Shown here piece after piece: positions 54,551 through 64,000 of a stretch of DNA of 64,000 nucleotides. Source of the DNA: Eledone cirrhosa (taxonomy: Eukaryota); NCBI GenBank assembly GCA_964016885.1, contig OZ024744.1, forward strand, positions 21,204,001 to 21,268,000, in the 5' to 3' direction. Positions within the stretch are counted from its first letter, which is position 1, and each line of letters begins with the position of its first letter. The notes under the pieces were generated by a model, which saw only the letters and a list, made by a program, of their open reading frames with translations, had not been told where the DNA came from and did no database searches. The position numbers and the translations under genes are program-made.

Positions 54551-55597
54551 CGTTTTAACAACAGTTGAATCTTAAGATAAAACTCGTTTTAACAACAGTT
54601 GAATCTTAAGAACTGACTCGTTTCATCAACAGATCAACCTTAAGAACTGACTCGTTTTAACAACAGTTGAATCTTCAAATAAAACTCGTTTTAACAACAA
54701 TTGAATCTTAAGAACTGACTCGTTTTAACAACAGTTGAATCTTGAGAACTGATTCGTTTTAACAACAGTTGAATCTTAAGATAAAACTCGTTTTAACAAC
54801 AGTTGAATCTTAAGAACGGACTCGTTTTAACAACACCTGAATCTTAAGATAAAACTCGTTTTAACAACAGTTGAATCTTAAGAACTGATTCGTTTTAACA
54901 ACAGTTCAAACTTAAGAACTGACTCGTTTTAACAACAGTTGAATCTTATGAACTGACTCATTTTAACAACAGTTGAATCTTAAGATAACATTCGTTTTAA
55001 CAACAGTTGAATCTTAAGAACTGACTCGTTTTAACAACAGTTGAATCTTAAAGATAAAACTCGTTTCGACAACAGTTGAATCTTAAGAACTGACTCGTTT
55101 TAACAACAGCTGAATCTTAAGATAAAACTCGTTTTAACAACAGTTGAATCTTAAGATAAAACTCGTTTTAACAACAGTTGAATCTTAAGAACTGACTCGT
55201 TTTAACGACAGCTGAATCTTAAGATAAAACTCGTTTTAACAACAGTTCAAACTTAAGAAATGACTCGTTTTAACAACAGTTGAATCTTATGAACTGACTC
55301 ATTTTAACAACAGTTGAATCTTAAAAACTGATTCGTTTTAACAACAGTTGAATCTTAAGATAAAACTCGTTTTAACAACAGTTGAATCTTAAGAACAGAC
55401 TCGTTTTAACAACAGCTGAATCTTAAGATAAAACTCGTTTTAACAACAGTTGAATCTTAAGATAAAACTCGTTTTAACAACAGTTGAACCTTATGAGCTA
55501 ACTCATTTTAACAACAGTTGAATCTTAAGTTAAGACTCGTTTTAACAACAGTTGAATCTTAAGAACTGACTCGTTTTAACAACAGCTGAATCTTAAG

Positions 55598-55797
55598 NNN
55601 NNNNNNNNNNNNNNNNNNNNNNNNNNNNNNNNNNNNNNNNNNNNNNNNNNNNNNNNNNNNNNNNNNNNNNNNNNNNNNNNNNNNNNNNNNNNNNNNNNNN
55701 NNNNNNNNNNNNNNNNNNNNNNNNNNNNNNNNNNNNNNNNNNNNNNNNNNNNNNNNNNNNNNNNNNNNNNNNNNNNNNNNNNNNNNNNNNNNNNNNN
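55598..55797. other. Assembly gap (200 N)
   Basis: Run of exactly 200 N. The round size suggests a scaffolding placeholder of unknown true length. Confidence 0.99.
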
Positions 55798-56035
55798 GCT
55801 GAAGCTGGCTCATTACTGCGCCAGCTTTTGCAGTTCTGGTACTTAATTCAGCCTCTTGCCTTCCATCACTCGTGAACACAGCCCCGAGATACTTGAACTT
55901 CTCCACCTGCTTCAGTGGAACTCTATTTCCATGTAACCTGCACTGCACAGGCTTCCTTGAGAGGACGGGTCTCTCAGTTTTCGCAGCACTGATTTTCATT
56001 TCAGGCATGCAGCACTTAGCCTCAAACCTATCAGT
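55798..56035 (-). mobile_element. Fragment of an RTE-clade (Rex3/Expander-like) non-LTR retrotransposon ORF, C-terminal part of the reverse transcriptase
   Basis: Minus-strand frame reads DRFEAKCCMPEMKISAAKTE...LKQVEKFKYLGAVFTSDGRQEAELSTRTAKAGAVMSQL. This fits the LINE RT thumb pattern (GMKIS.K.E ... QVE.FKYLG..F.SDG....E...RI..A). Cut off by the gap. Clade assignment is from recall, not a search. Confidence 0.88.
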
Positions 56036-57240
56036 TTGATGTTAAGGGTATTTTTATTACTATTTCTAGCAGGTTTTAATAAATCCTGTGGCTGTTCTCA
56101 CCCACGGATTTAAGTATGCAATGTGATGTGACATTACCTAAATAATTCTGTGGAATAGAATAGCGTACGACTACTGCTGAATGATTTGGGGGCATGGATT
56201 GTAAAGAACTATGACTAAAAAATATGGCACCAAGATAATTAAAAACGAGACATCTTGTAAAGTATTGAAACAAAAAAAAGAACAGAAAATGCTTGGCGAG
56301 AAAACATCTATGAACAACATTTTAAGTAGAAGAACGGAAGTCTGGATTAATCCTGATCAGGGATTACAAAAAGAAAAAAGAAATTCAGTGCTAAAATATG
56401 AGACTAAATTACTGATTTTCGCAACACTTGAACAAACTACATTTAATTTAGAAAAACCTAAACAAGAACACTAAACATTCAATCTGAAGAATGATAGGTC
56501 CTCCATCGGTTTCGACGATAACCATATTTCATCAGATGAACATCTCATTAATATAATTCTTAAGTCAAATCCACGTTATATAATATGCAATGTAACTGGA
56601 CATTTAGAATTACTAATGTTTTTATACAGTTTACCTCTACCCAAGTGTCTGATGAATACACCTGTCCAAAACACCCGCAGTAAAATCGATCCTGGGATGT
56701 CAAGATCGTGAGGTGAACTTAGCCATTGCTACTTCTACACAGAATACGAAATGTGTGGCAAATGGTGTAGTGTTGAAAAATTGACCAACAAATACAATAT
56801 ACTAGACCAGCGATCGCCAAATTCGGACCTCACGGACCACTATATACATAATTTAAATCCCCCTGACCTCTAATATACATTTTTGTAAAAAGATGAATAC
56901 ATTTGTAAAATAATTATCAGAGAACTTCCATTTTATTAAACAACTAGCATTAAAGCCCGGCGTTGCTCGGGGCCAGTAAGTTACCAAAGTTAGGTTGCAC
57001 CACCCATTTTATGGCAGCACTTTTTTGTCTGCCAGGCACTGGGTGAATGAATTGCAGACCTGGACTGCCGAAGCAGGAGCTGCGCCAGCAGTGACAATTG
57101 TAGTTTCGTTTTGGATATTATCTCGGTGCAACGAAGTGTTGAAATTTATTGTTTCACAGTACTTGCGCAACATGCGCGTAGACGATGCCAGCCGAACAAC
57201 AGAGCTGCGATGGAGTTGTTCTGCATGGTTGTCTAATGTG

Positions 57241-57421
57241 TGTTTTCTAAATTTAAGACAGTACGGAGGGTGTTATATGGGGGAGAGTTAGCTGGTGTTT
57301 CTAGAAGGTTTAGTGACCTCATCGAGGATATGTTTTCTAAATTTAAGACAGTAGGGAGTGGTGTGATATGGGGGAGAGTTAGCTGCTGTTTCTAGCAGGT
57401 TTAGTGACCTCATAGTGGATA
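57241..57421 (+). repeat. Two tandem copies of a 90/91-bp unit inside the Helitron
   Basis: TGTTTTCTAAATTTAAGACAGTA...GGGGGAGAGTTAGCTG...TTTAGTGACCTCAT..GGATA at 57241-57330 and 57331-57421, roughly 90% identical by eye. Confidence 0.95.
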
Positions 57422-57628
57422 TTATTTTGTATAGTAAATGAACTGATACTTTTTTCTTCCACGTTCGTTTATAGATGTTTTAAAAAAGATTTATCGCTAT
57501 TTTTTTTTGTTGTTGAATAAATTTATCTGTTGCTTTTGAATAATTGTTGTTTCGTATGCAATGTAATAAGTTCTCCTTGTCATTGAAGTAAATAAATGTT
57601 TGATCGTTCCACACTCAAAAACAAACGT

Positions 57629-57661
57629 TCTCTCTCTCTCCCTCTCACTCTCTCTCTCTCT
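57629..57661 (+). repeat. Imperfect (CT)n microsatellite
   Basis: Direct reading of the sequence. Confidence 0.9.
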
Positions 57662-57926
57662 TAAAGTTTGTAAGTTTAATCGTATATAAGAGAAAGTTGC
57701 AGCATGCATGTAGCTTTATCGAATTGTAAGGTGAGTAGAGAGAGGTAATCTTATTGTATTAGAGGGGTAAGCGTCATGTATTTAGTTTTATCGATTATTT
57801 CCGTAATTGTGGATGAGTTTGATTGAAATAAATAGTCGTTGACCTGAGTGAGACCATTTACAACATTCCTGCAGACTTTGAGTCTAATTAGTTTGAAATT
57901 GTGCAAAGGTATAAACATGGAACATG

Positions 57927-57963
57927 CACACACACACACACACACACACAACAACAACAACAA
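57927..57963 (+). repeat. Compound (CA)n(CAA)n microsatellite near the Helitron 5' end
   Basis: Direct reading of the sequence. Confidence 0.95.
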
Positions 57964-58324
57964 TCTGCCTTTTATAAATAATGATACTGAAGCGAACGAT
58001 GCTACATATCTGTAAAATTTCTTTCATGGATGTTAGTTCTTTACCGAGGAGAAACATTTTTAGGCGGTGATTATAAAATATATTTTAACCGAATATTATT
58101 TTAATTTTATTATTAATAAAACATAAAAATTGTAAATAATGTCCAAATTTTTCTGCGGATTATTTTCCCAGACCACCGGTTGGTGACCACTGTACTAGAC
58201 AACTTGTTTACTAAAATAAGGCAATACGTATAACATCAATAAAAGCAATGTCTGTAGATATAGTGTTTAACATAATGATTACTTAGGCCAAGCACCAACT
58301 AGGTCCAACTCATTAAATGTATTT

Positions 58325-58810
58325 TCCAAACTTCTCAGTCCAACATTATCATCTTCAGTTCCCGGACAGAATCCAGGCCATTATATGGGTTCAAGGTTGC
58401 CAGTGCATACTCATGATGTCTACCATACTTCCCCACTCCATGCCGTGGATTCCATGTGACTATTCTTCTTTCAGAACTCATGCCCAATGTCCTCATGACA
58501 CGGAGTCGATGTTCTCTGATACAAGTCTCCATTTTATGTTGTCAAATATGCCAGCTTCTCCTGTTGTTAACATATTAGATAAATGATTAAGTATTATATG
58601 GATAGAATTCATACAAATTTCAGTAGGGTCTCCAGACCTGACTTCTGCTAGATTGACACTGGTTTTCACTCTTTCGGAGTCGACAAAAAAAAAATACCAG
58701 TCCAGTGCAGGTGCATTCTTGTTTTCTTCCAGATGCCATATTTTAGATGTCCCACTGGATCGAGAGAGGGAAGCTCGAGTGTGGGGTGTCTGTATCTGCT
58801 TGCAACTCAA
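58325..58810 (-). mobile_element. Highly degenerate LINE (RTE/RTEX-like) ORF 3' end, with stops and frameshifts
   Basis: Minus-strand peptide SW...METCIREHRLR...IVTWNPRHGVGKYGR...NGLDSVRELKMIMLD resembles the RTE-type C-terminal motif IR.RRLR..GH...LLW.P.HG.R..GRP....DTGL...EL...M.DR. An upstream SKIW-like motif lies in another frame. The upstream boundary is uncertain. Confidence 0.6.
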
Positions 58811-59214
58811 TGAGCACCTAAGACTCTTAATGCATGCCTAGTACATACTAGGAAGTCACACTTCATTGGGGCTATAGTTAATGGTAGTTAGATAAACGGT
58901 AAGTGAACGGGGAGATATATGTAATGTCAATAGTAATAGAATCATCAGGAATGGTGTAAACATATGTTAAAGAAACAGGTAGTTATGGTGACAGCGCTTC
59001 TAAGTGTTCTTTCACTGGTTAGACAAATACCTGATTAATATAAGGAGGTGGATGTAATACTGATAGAGATAGGATTCCTGTCTATAATCTATAGTATACT
59101 AAACAAATAGTTAACTAAAATATAATAACTGGTGTAGGACCAATAGTGTTTGGATCTTTATTATTTCTAATATACACAATAAATGTTTAATGACCTCTAC
59201 GATATATATAATGC

Positions 59215-59382
59215 TAATAATGGTCTCTACCTTTGGCAAGAATTATCCCAGTTCATTACTGGTACTTTATTTTATTGACCCCGTAAGGCAAAGTTTACCT
59301 CGGCAGGATTTGAACTCAGAATGTAAAGGGCAGTAACTAATGTTGTGACGCAGGTTATCCGACTCTCTACCGATTCTGCCAA
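59215..59382 (-). mobile_element. tRNA-derived SINE, family 1, copy 1
   Basis: Minus-strand A-box-like TGGCAGAATCGG (59370-59381) and B-box GAGTTCAAATCC (59306-59317). Body motif CTGGTACTTTATTTTATTGACCCCG..AGGCAAAGTT.ACCTCGGC is shared with other copies in the window. Confidence 0.8.
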
Positions 59383-59574
59383 TAATGATCTCTAAGTATA
59401 CTTAAGTATGCTCAGTAATAAACATAACAAAGGATAAATTGAAATAAAGTGATAGAGTTAGTATTTCTGTTTTGATACATGTTATGTCTTGAGAATTTAA
59501 AACCCGGTAAAGCCCATGCCACTTCACGTCGAAAAGCTATCGATTTCGTCCAGAGAGAGAAAGAAATACAGAGT

Positions 59575-59710
59575 AAGAATCGATCTCAGTAATTTTACTT
59601 CATTTATCGACCTGAAAAAGATGAAAAGCAAAGTTGACCCCACCGCAGTGAGTCGGAACATATACCGAGGTATTTTTAATCCGATGCTGACTTTCACAAT
59701 CCACCACCCC
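59575..59710 (-). mobile_element. SINE family 1, degenerate copy 2
   Basis: TTTATCGACCTGAAAAAGATGAAAAGCAAAGTTGACCCCACCG aligns with copies 1 and 4. The B-box region is deleted. Confidence 0.7.
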
Positions 59711-60094
59711 TGATTTAAATAGATTAAATAAAAAAGTTTAAACTAAACAGAGAGATAAATGAAATATCTCTAGTTATACTATCTTTTAATAATTAGAGAA
59801 ATAATTTTATAAAATAAGAAGAAAATATTAGAAGAAAATAATTTTATAAAGAACTTTTATTGGAAACAGCCGGAATTTTTAGGAGAGTGTCAGAGATCTT
59901 AATTAAGAGTAGAATCAAATAAGAATAAAAGCCTTTATGACCCAAACTCTATACTTGGAGTTGGCTCCTAAATACAACAAGTTTCTGAATTAAAATCCTT
60001 GAAGCAAGATATAAAAATAAAAGAAACAAACAACAAAAAAAACAACAACATAGTAATAATAGTAAAATAATGACTTTTAACAAACCATCCCTTC

Positions 60095-60243
60095 CCCCAC
60101 AAATACTTGGCTGTGATATTTTTTATAGATCCCAGAAAGATGAAAGAACACGTTACCCACGTCGGGATTTAGATTAACAACATAAAGAGACATAAGTAAT
60201 TACAGCAAGTCGCTTAGTCGGGCGCCATAGAATTTCTGCCAGT
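60095..60243 (-). mobile_element. SINE family 1, very degenerate copy 3
   Basis: TTTTATAGATCCCAGAAAGATGAAAG...GTCGGGATTTAGA...ATTTCTGCCAG follows the same motif order as copy 1. Confidence 0.6.
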
Positions 60244-60244
60244 A

Positions 60245-60345
60245 CAACAACTACAACAACAACTACTATTACTACTACTACAAAGATAACGGTGACGACC
60301 TCAGTTATAACAACAACAACAACAACAACAACAACAATATTAATA
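60245..60345 (+). repeat. (CAA)n/(CTA)n trinucleotide microsatellites
   Basis: ACAACAACTACAACAACAACTACTATTACTACTAC, and (CAA)9 at 60311-60337. Confidence 0.9.
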
Positions 60346-60674
60346 AAGGGGCAACAAACAATATCAATAATTTACGTTTACTATCGTTAAAGTCCTATGA
60401 CGTCAGTGACAATCCTAAGGCGAAGTACAAGAAAGAAAAATGATAAACAAGAGAGGATGACATATTTATTTGGTGGGAGATAGTGATGTGAACTATGACA
60501 ATACATTGTATGGTGGTATGGTACGGTTCCGTAACTTTTGATGGAGACGTAGGGACATACGGCATTTCTTGGTCATTAAAACCCTGGCGGGGCCCAACCT
60601 TCTCCAGGGCTGAGTACAGCAGATTTCTATAAGAGGATAGAAAGTGAGAGAAATGGAGTAGGAAAGAGATATAG

Positions 60675-60828
60675 AGAGTTGACGCTAGTAATTTACTGGT
60701 ACTTTTTTATCGACCTCCAAATGATTAAAGGTAATGATGACCTTGGCGGGATTTGAACTCAGAGAGCCGGAACGAATGCCGCAAATCATGCTATCCATCG
60801 TTCTAACGACTCAGAAATTCACCACCTT
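60675..60828 (-). mobile_element. SINE family 1, copy 4
   Basis: CTGGTACTTTTTTATCGACCTCCAAATGATTAAAGGTAATGATGACCTTGGCGGGATTTGAACTCAGA, with minus-strand B-box GAGTTCAAATCCC at 60748-60760. Confidence 0.8.
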
Positions 60829-60897
60829 AACGATACAGGAATAATTAGATCGTCACATAGGACCGAGGCAACTATGTTTCCATTGGTCCCTTTATTT

Positions 60898-61180
60898 TAA
60901 AGTTTAAAGTCTGTCTCGAGCCAGGAGGCTCATCAGGCCGGTGTTTATCCCAGTTTCGGTGGAGTGAAGCAACTGAGAGTACATGATTCCCCTGAACAGG
61001 ACACCACATCGCAGGATGAAACCCTCACCTATTGCTGGTACTTATTTACAGCTGAGTATACTGGACCAATTTAAAATGAAGTGTTTTGTTCAAGAACACA
61101 AAACACACAACCCAGTCCAGGAATCGAACCTACGACATTATGATCGTATGTCCAATGCACTTACCTTTAGTCCACGCACC
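60898..61180 (-). mobile_element. Near full-length tRNA-derived CORE-like SINE (family 2)
   Basis: Minus-strand head GGTGCGTGGACTAAAGGT (A-box-like) and B-box GGTTCGATTCC (61120-61130). The segment TTACAGCTGAG...AAGTGTTTTGTTCAAGAACAC resembles the reverse of the MIR/CORE domain. The 3' tail ends in repeated ACTTTAA. Confidence 0.75.
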
Positions 61181-61410
61181 ACCAACTGGTCTTGTTATTG
61201 CTGATACTATCTGACGGGTGCAACCCCTGTGTTGAATGAATCGCTGCGGCATTTCTGGCGACAATTGGCCGCATACGAACAGAAACCACATCGAATCCCA
61301 TCGAATTCTTTAAGAATTTCGGCAATCTACCATCGACTGGTACTTTATTTTGTAAGAATAACAGCATAGAATAGAATATGGAGAAGAAAGATTTCTTAAC
61401 ATAATATGAG

Positions 61411-61578
61411 CAATAACATAGGGTGGTTTAAAACACCCCAAATATAAACCTCCAATAACATGGGGTGCTTTAAAACACTCTAAATACAAACCTCCAACGA
61501 TATAGGGTAGTGTAAAACAGCCTAAGTATAAACCACCAATAATATAGGGTCGTTTAAAACGGCCCAAATATAAGCCTC
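61411..61578 (+). repeat. Minisatellite, 4 x 42 bp, each unit with an imperfect internal palindrome
   Basis: Units of the form CAATAACATAGGGTGGTTTAAAACACCCCAAATATAAACCTC start at 61411, 61453, 61495 and 61537, with no indels. Confidence 0.95.
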
Positions 61579-61752
61579 ATATTTCTTCTACGTGTTCTCG
61601 CTGTCAGCCAACAACCACATAATTAGCGTTGTCCCATTTAACCATACCATTCTCGCCACTCTTACCCACCTCACATAAAATATACTAGAAGGGAATCTCT
61701 CTCACCCTATCCCTCTCGCTATTTTTATCCCCCACCCCACCCTCTCTGTGAT

Positions 61753-61756
<4 letters not shown>

Positions 61757-61821
<65 letters not shown>

Positions 61822-61840
61822 CTCTCTCTCCCTCTCTCTC
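61757..61840 (+). repeat. (CT)n microsatellite, interrupted
   Basis: Direct reading of the sequence. Confidence 0.95.
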
Positions 61841-62209
61841 ACTACCCTCACCGTCTTCTTCAAGTGGTACTTGAAGAAGTTGACGATGACTTAAAGGTAA
61901 CAAAACGAAATAAACGCAATGAAAACATTAAGGGGTCCCACCCCAGACATTGATCTATGTAAAGAGCAATAGAAACAGTTGACTGCCTTATCAGCTCTTG
62001 TAGATAGCAAGACAGAAAATTAAGTAGGAGAGGGTTCCATTTTCCAGTCAATGACTGCCAAAATATCTCTAGGAAAGCTGGCTAAAATAACAGTATATGT
62101 AAACATAAAGGAACGTCTAGTAATATAGGGAAACTATCTAATTGATAAATTACAGCAAAGTTGTGATCTGTTTACAGAAAAAGATATATATATATATATA
62201 GGAACGAGT

Positions 62210-62653
<444 letters not shown>

Positions 62654-62715
62654 GGTGTCGCAGTTCTTCTGCTTTTCAAAAGTAGAATTGAGGGTTTGTG
62701 GTATTTCTCACATCA

Positions 62716-62913
<198 letters not shown>

Positions 62914-63469
62914 TGATAAACACAAAACGTGTTTGTATTGTAAGAGACAAAGTTAGCTAGCATGAAATAAACTAATTAAAGTGAATACAATTTGTCTGTC
63001 TCGATATAAGTCAATAAAGACAAGCTTATATTGGCAAAAGCCGTGATTCCTGGACAAATTTAAATTTCAAAATCCAAACCCGCTCCGTAGATGAATTTGA
63101 ACTTCGAAACCCAAATATGTTTCGCAACGATGGTACATGAATTGAAAAATAAAGAGAATCGAAATGGAATTTAAATAAAAAGTGAAATATCCAAATCTTC
63201 TGTGCTTATCAACAGGATCCAGTAAAATTAGTACATTCCACCTTCAAAAATGTTGCAGGTCTGATTATATGTGGTGTAGCCAGCTATACTAGCCATCCCA
63301 TATTCCCGGTGCTAGAAATAACAGCCGTTTATACGGGATAAAAGATCATCTCTACAGTTAAGGAGCAATATACTGTATTATATTTAGAGATTAAACTCAT
63401 AGTCGTTTACAATTAATCAGCTCAAAGAAAGAGGCATTTCTGAGCATTTCTGAGCAGTGAAATACAAGT

Positions 63470-63862
<393 letters not shown>

Positions 63863-64000
63863 GTATGGATTCACCAAACATTTATTATAATGCTCGGTGT
63901 ATTTGTAAACAAACATCCTGTATTAAGCCGTAGTGTCTGGCAACCACCGTTGCTCGTTTGTTCAACACTGACAAAGGAACGCTGTACTAGTTTCAAGCTT

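Larger units (their letters stand above)
1..55597 (+). repeat. Satellite DNA array, 34-bp monomer, about 1,630 copies, with loosely alternating A/B subtypes (68-bp dimer); truncated by window start and assembly gap
   Basis: Continuous tandem copies of ATCTTAAG-(AACTG|ATAAA)-ACTCGTTTTAACAACAGTTGA with scattered substitutions and 1-2 bp indels. No spacers, inversions or insertions seen by eye. Confidence 0.99.
56944..57984 (-). mobile_element. Non-autonomous Helitron (1041 bp) nested in the hAT MITE
   Basis: On the minus strand it starts TC (57984), ends CTAG (56944) and sits between host A and T with no TSD. A GC-rich hairpin CCCGAGCAACGCCGGG (56956-56971) lies 8 nt before the CTAG, and there is a microsatellite near the 5' end. 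The 3' end is stronger than the 5' end call. Confidence 0.78.
56808..58192. mobile_element. Non-autonomous hAT (Charlie-like) DNA transposon / MITE, about 344 bp once the nested Helitron is removed
   Basis: Perfect 8-bp direct repeat TACTAGAC at 56800-56807 and 58193-58200. Terminal inverted repeats CAGCGATCGCCAA vs CAGTGGTCACCAA (reverse complement of right end) match at 10/13. An 8-bp TSD with a CTAG core and CAG termini is typical of hAT-Charlie. Confidence 0.85.

Noticed and set aside
1-55597. CRISPR array (34-bp unit with GTTTTA and GTTGAA motifs and dyad symmetry)
   Set aside because: Units are directly adjacent with no unique spacers, only a two-state 5-bp segment. There are no cas genes, and the context is eukaryotic.
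1-55597. Repetitive protein-coding sequence or telomeric repeat
   Set aside because: 34 is not a multiple of 3, TAA and TGA stops recur on both strands, the ORF track has nothing inside the array, and there is no TTAGGG-like G-rich strand.
55559-56008. 149-aa ORF as a real gene
   Set aside because: It reads through 200 Ns into satellite. Only the part from 55798 onward is informative, and that is a LINE RT fragment.
56495-56740. Possible additional degenerate SINE 3' portion (CCTCCATCGGTTTCGACGA...)
   Set aside because: The resemblance rests only on recollection of cephalopod repeats. There is no second copy or A/B box in the window to support it.
56076-57291. Short ORFs (65, 87 and 98 aa) as host genes
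   Set aside because: No recognisable domain or exon evidence. One is A-rich low complexity and one lies inside the Helitron.
58561-58570. 10-bp match (CTGTTGTTAA) to the reverse complement of the satellite inside the LINE remnant, suggesting a LINE origin for the satellite
   Set aside because: A single 10-mer in AT-rich DNA is expected by chance, and the flanks do not align.
59216-59394. AATAATG(G/A)TCTCTA on both sides of SINE copy 1 as a target-site duplication
   Set aside because: The match is imperfect, a third similar motif lies near 59188, and the left copy may be the SINE's own tail, so it cannot be called.
61105-61180. tRNA gene
   Set aside because: A and B boxes are present, but there is no convincing cloverleaf and the sequence continues into a SINE body.
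63434-63456. GCATTTCTGA tandem duplication
   Set aside because: A 10-bp slippage duplication with no further structure.

Overview
Eukaryotic, AT-rich, non-genic window. The SINE motifs, Helitron and (TA)n content resemble cephalopod (Octopus-like) DNA, but that is an inference from recalled repeat families. Bases 1-55597 are one head-to-tail satellite array of a 34-bp monomer (about 1,630 copies), with no inversion or insertion seen. Two monomer types loosely alternate: A = ATCTTAAGAACTGACTCGTTTTAACAACAGTTGA and B = ATCTTAAGATAAAACTCGTTTTAACAACAGTTGA. The array has internal structure: kb-scale tandem duplications (periods about 2207, 2682, 2650-2718, 3360-3600 and 3700-3770 bp), recurring multi-monomer cassettes, and a central block with its own variants between two related flanks. 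A 200-N gap (55598-55797) follows. The last 8.2 kb are transposon debris and microsatellites: two degenerate RTE-type LINE fragments, a hAT-like MITE with a perfect 8-bp TSD carrying a nested non-autonomous Helitron, tRNA-derived SINEs, a 42-bp minisatellite, a fold-back element among (TA)n tracts, and compound microsatellites. No intact host gene, RNA gene or CRISPR array is supported. I find no evidence for a new protein-coding system; the interest lies in satellite architecture and transposon nesting.
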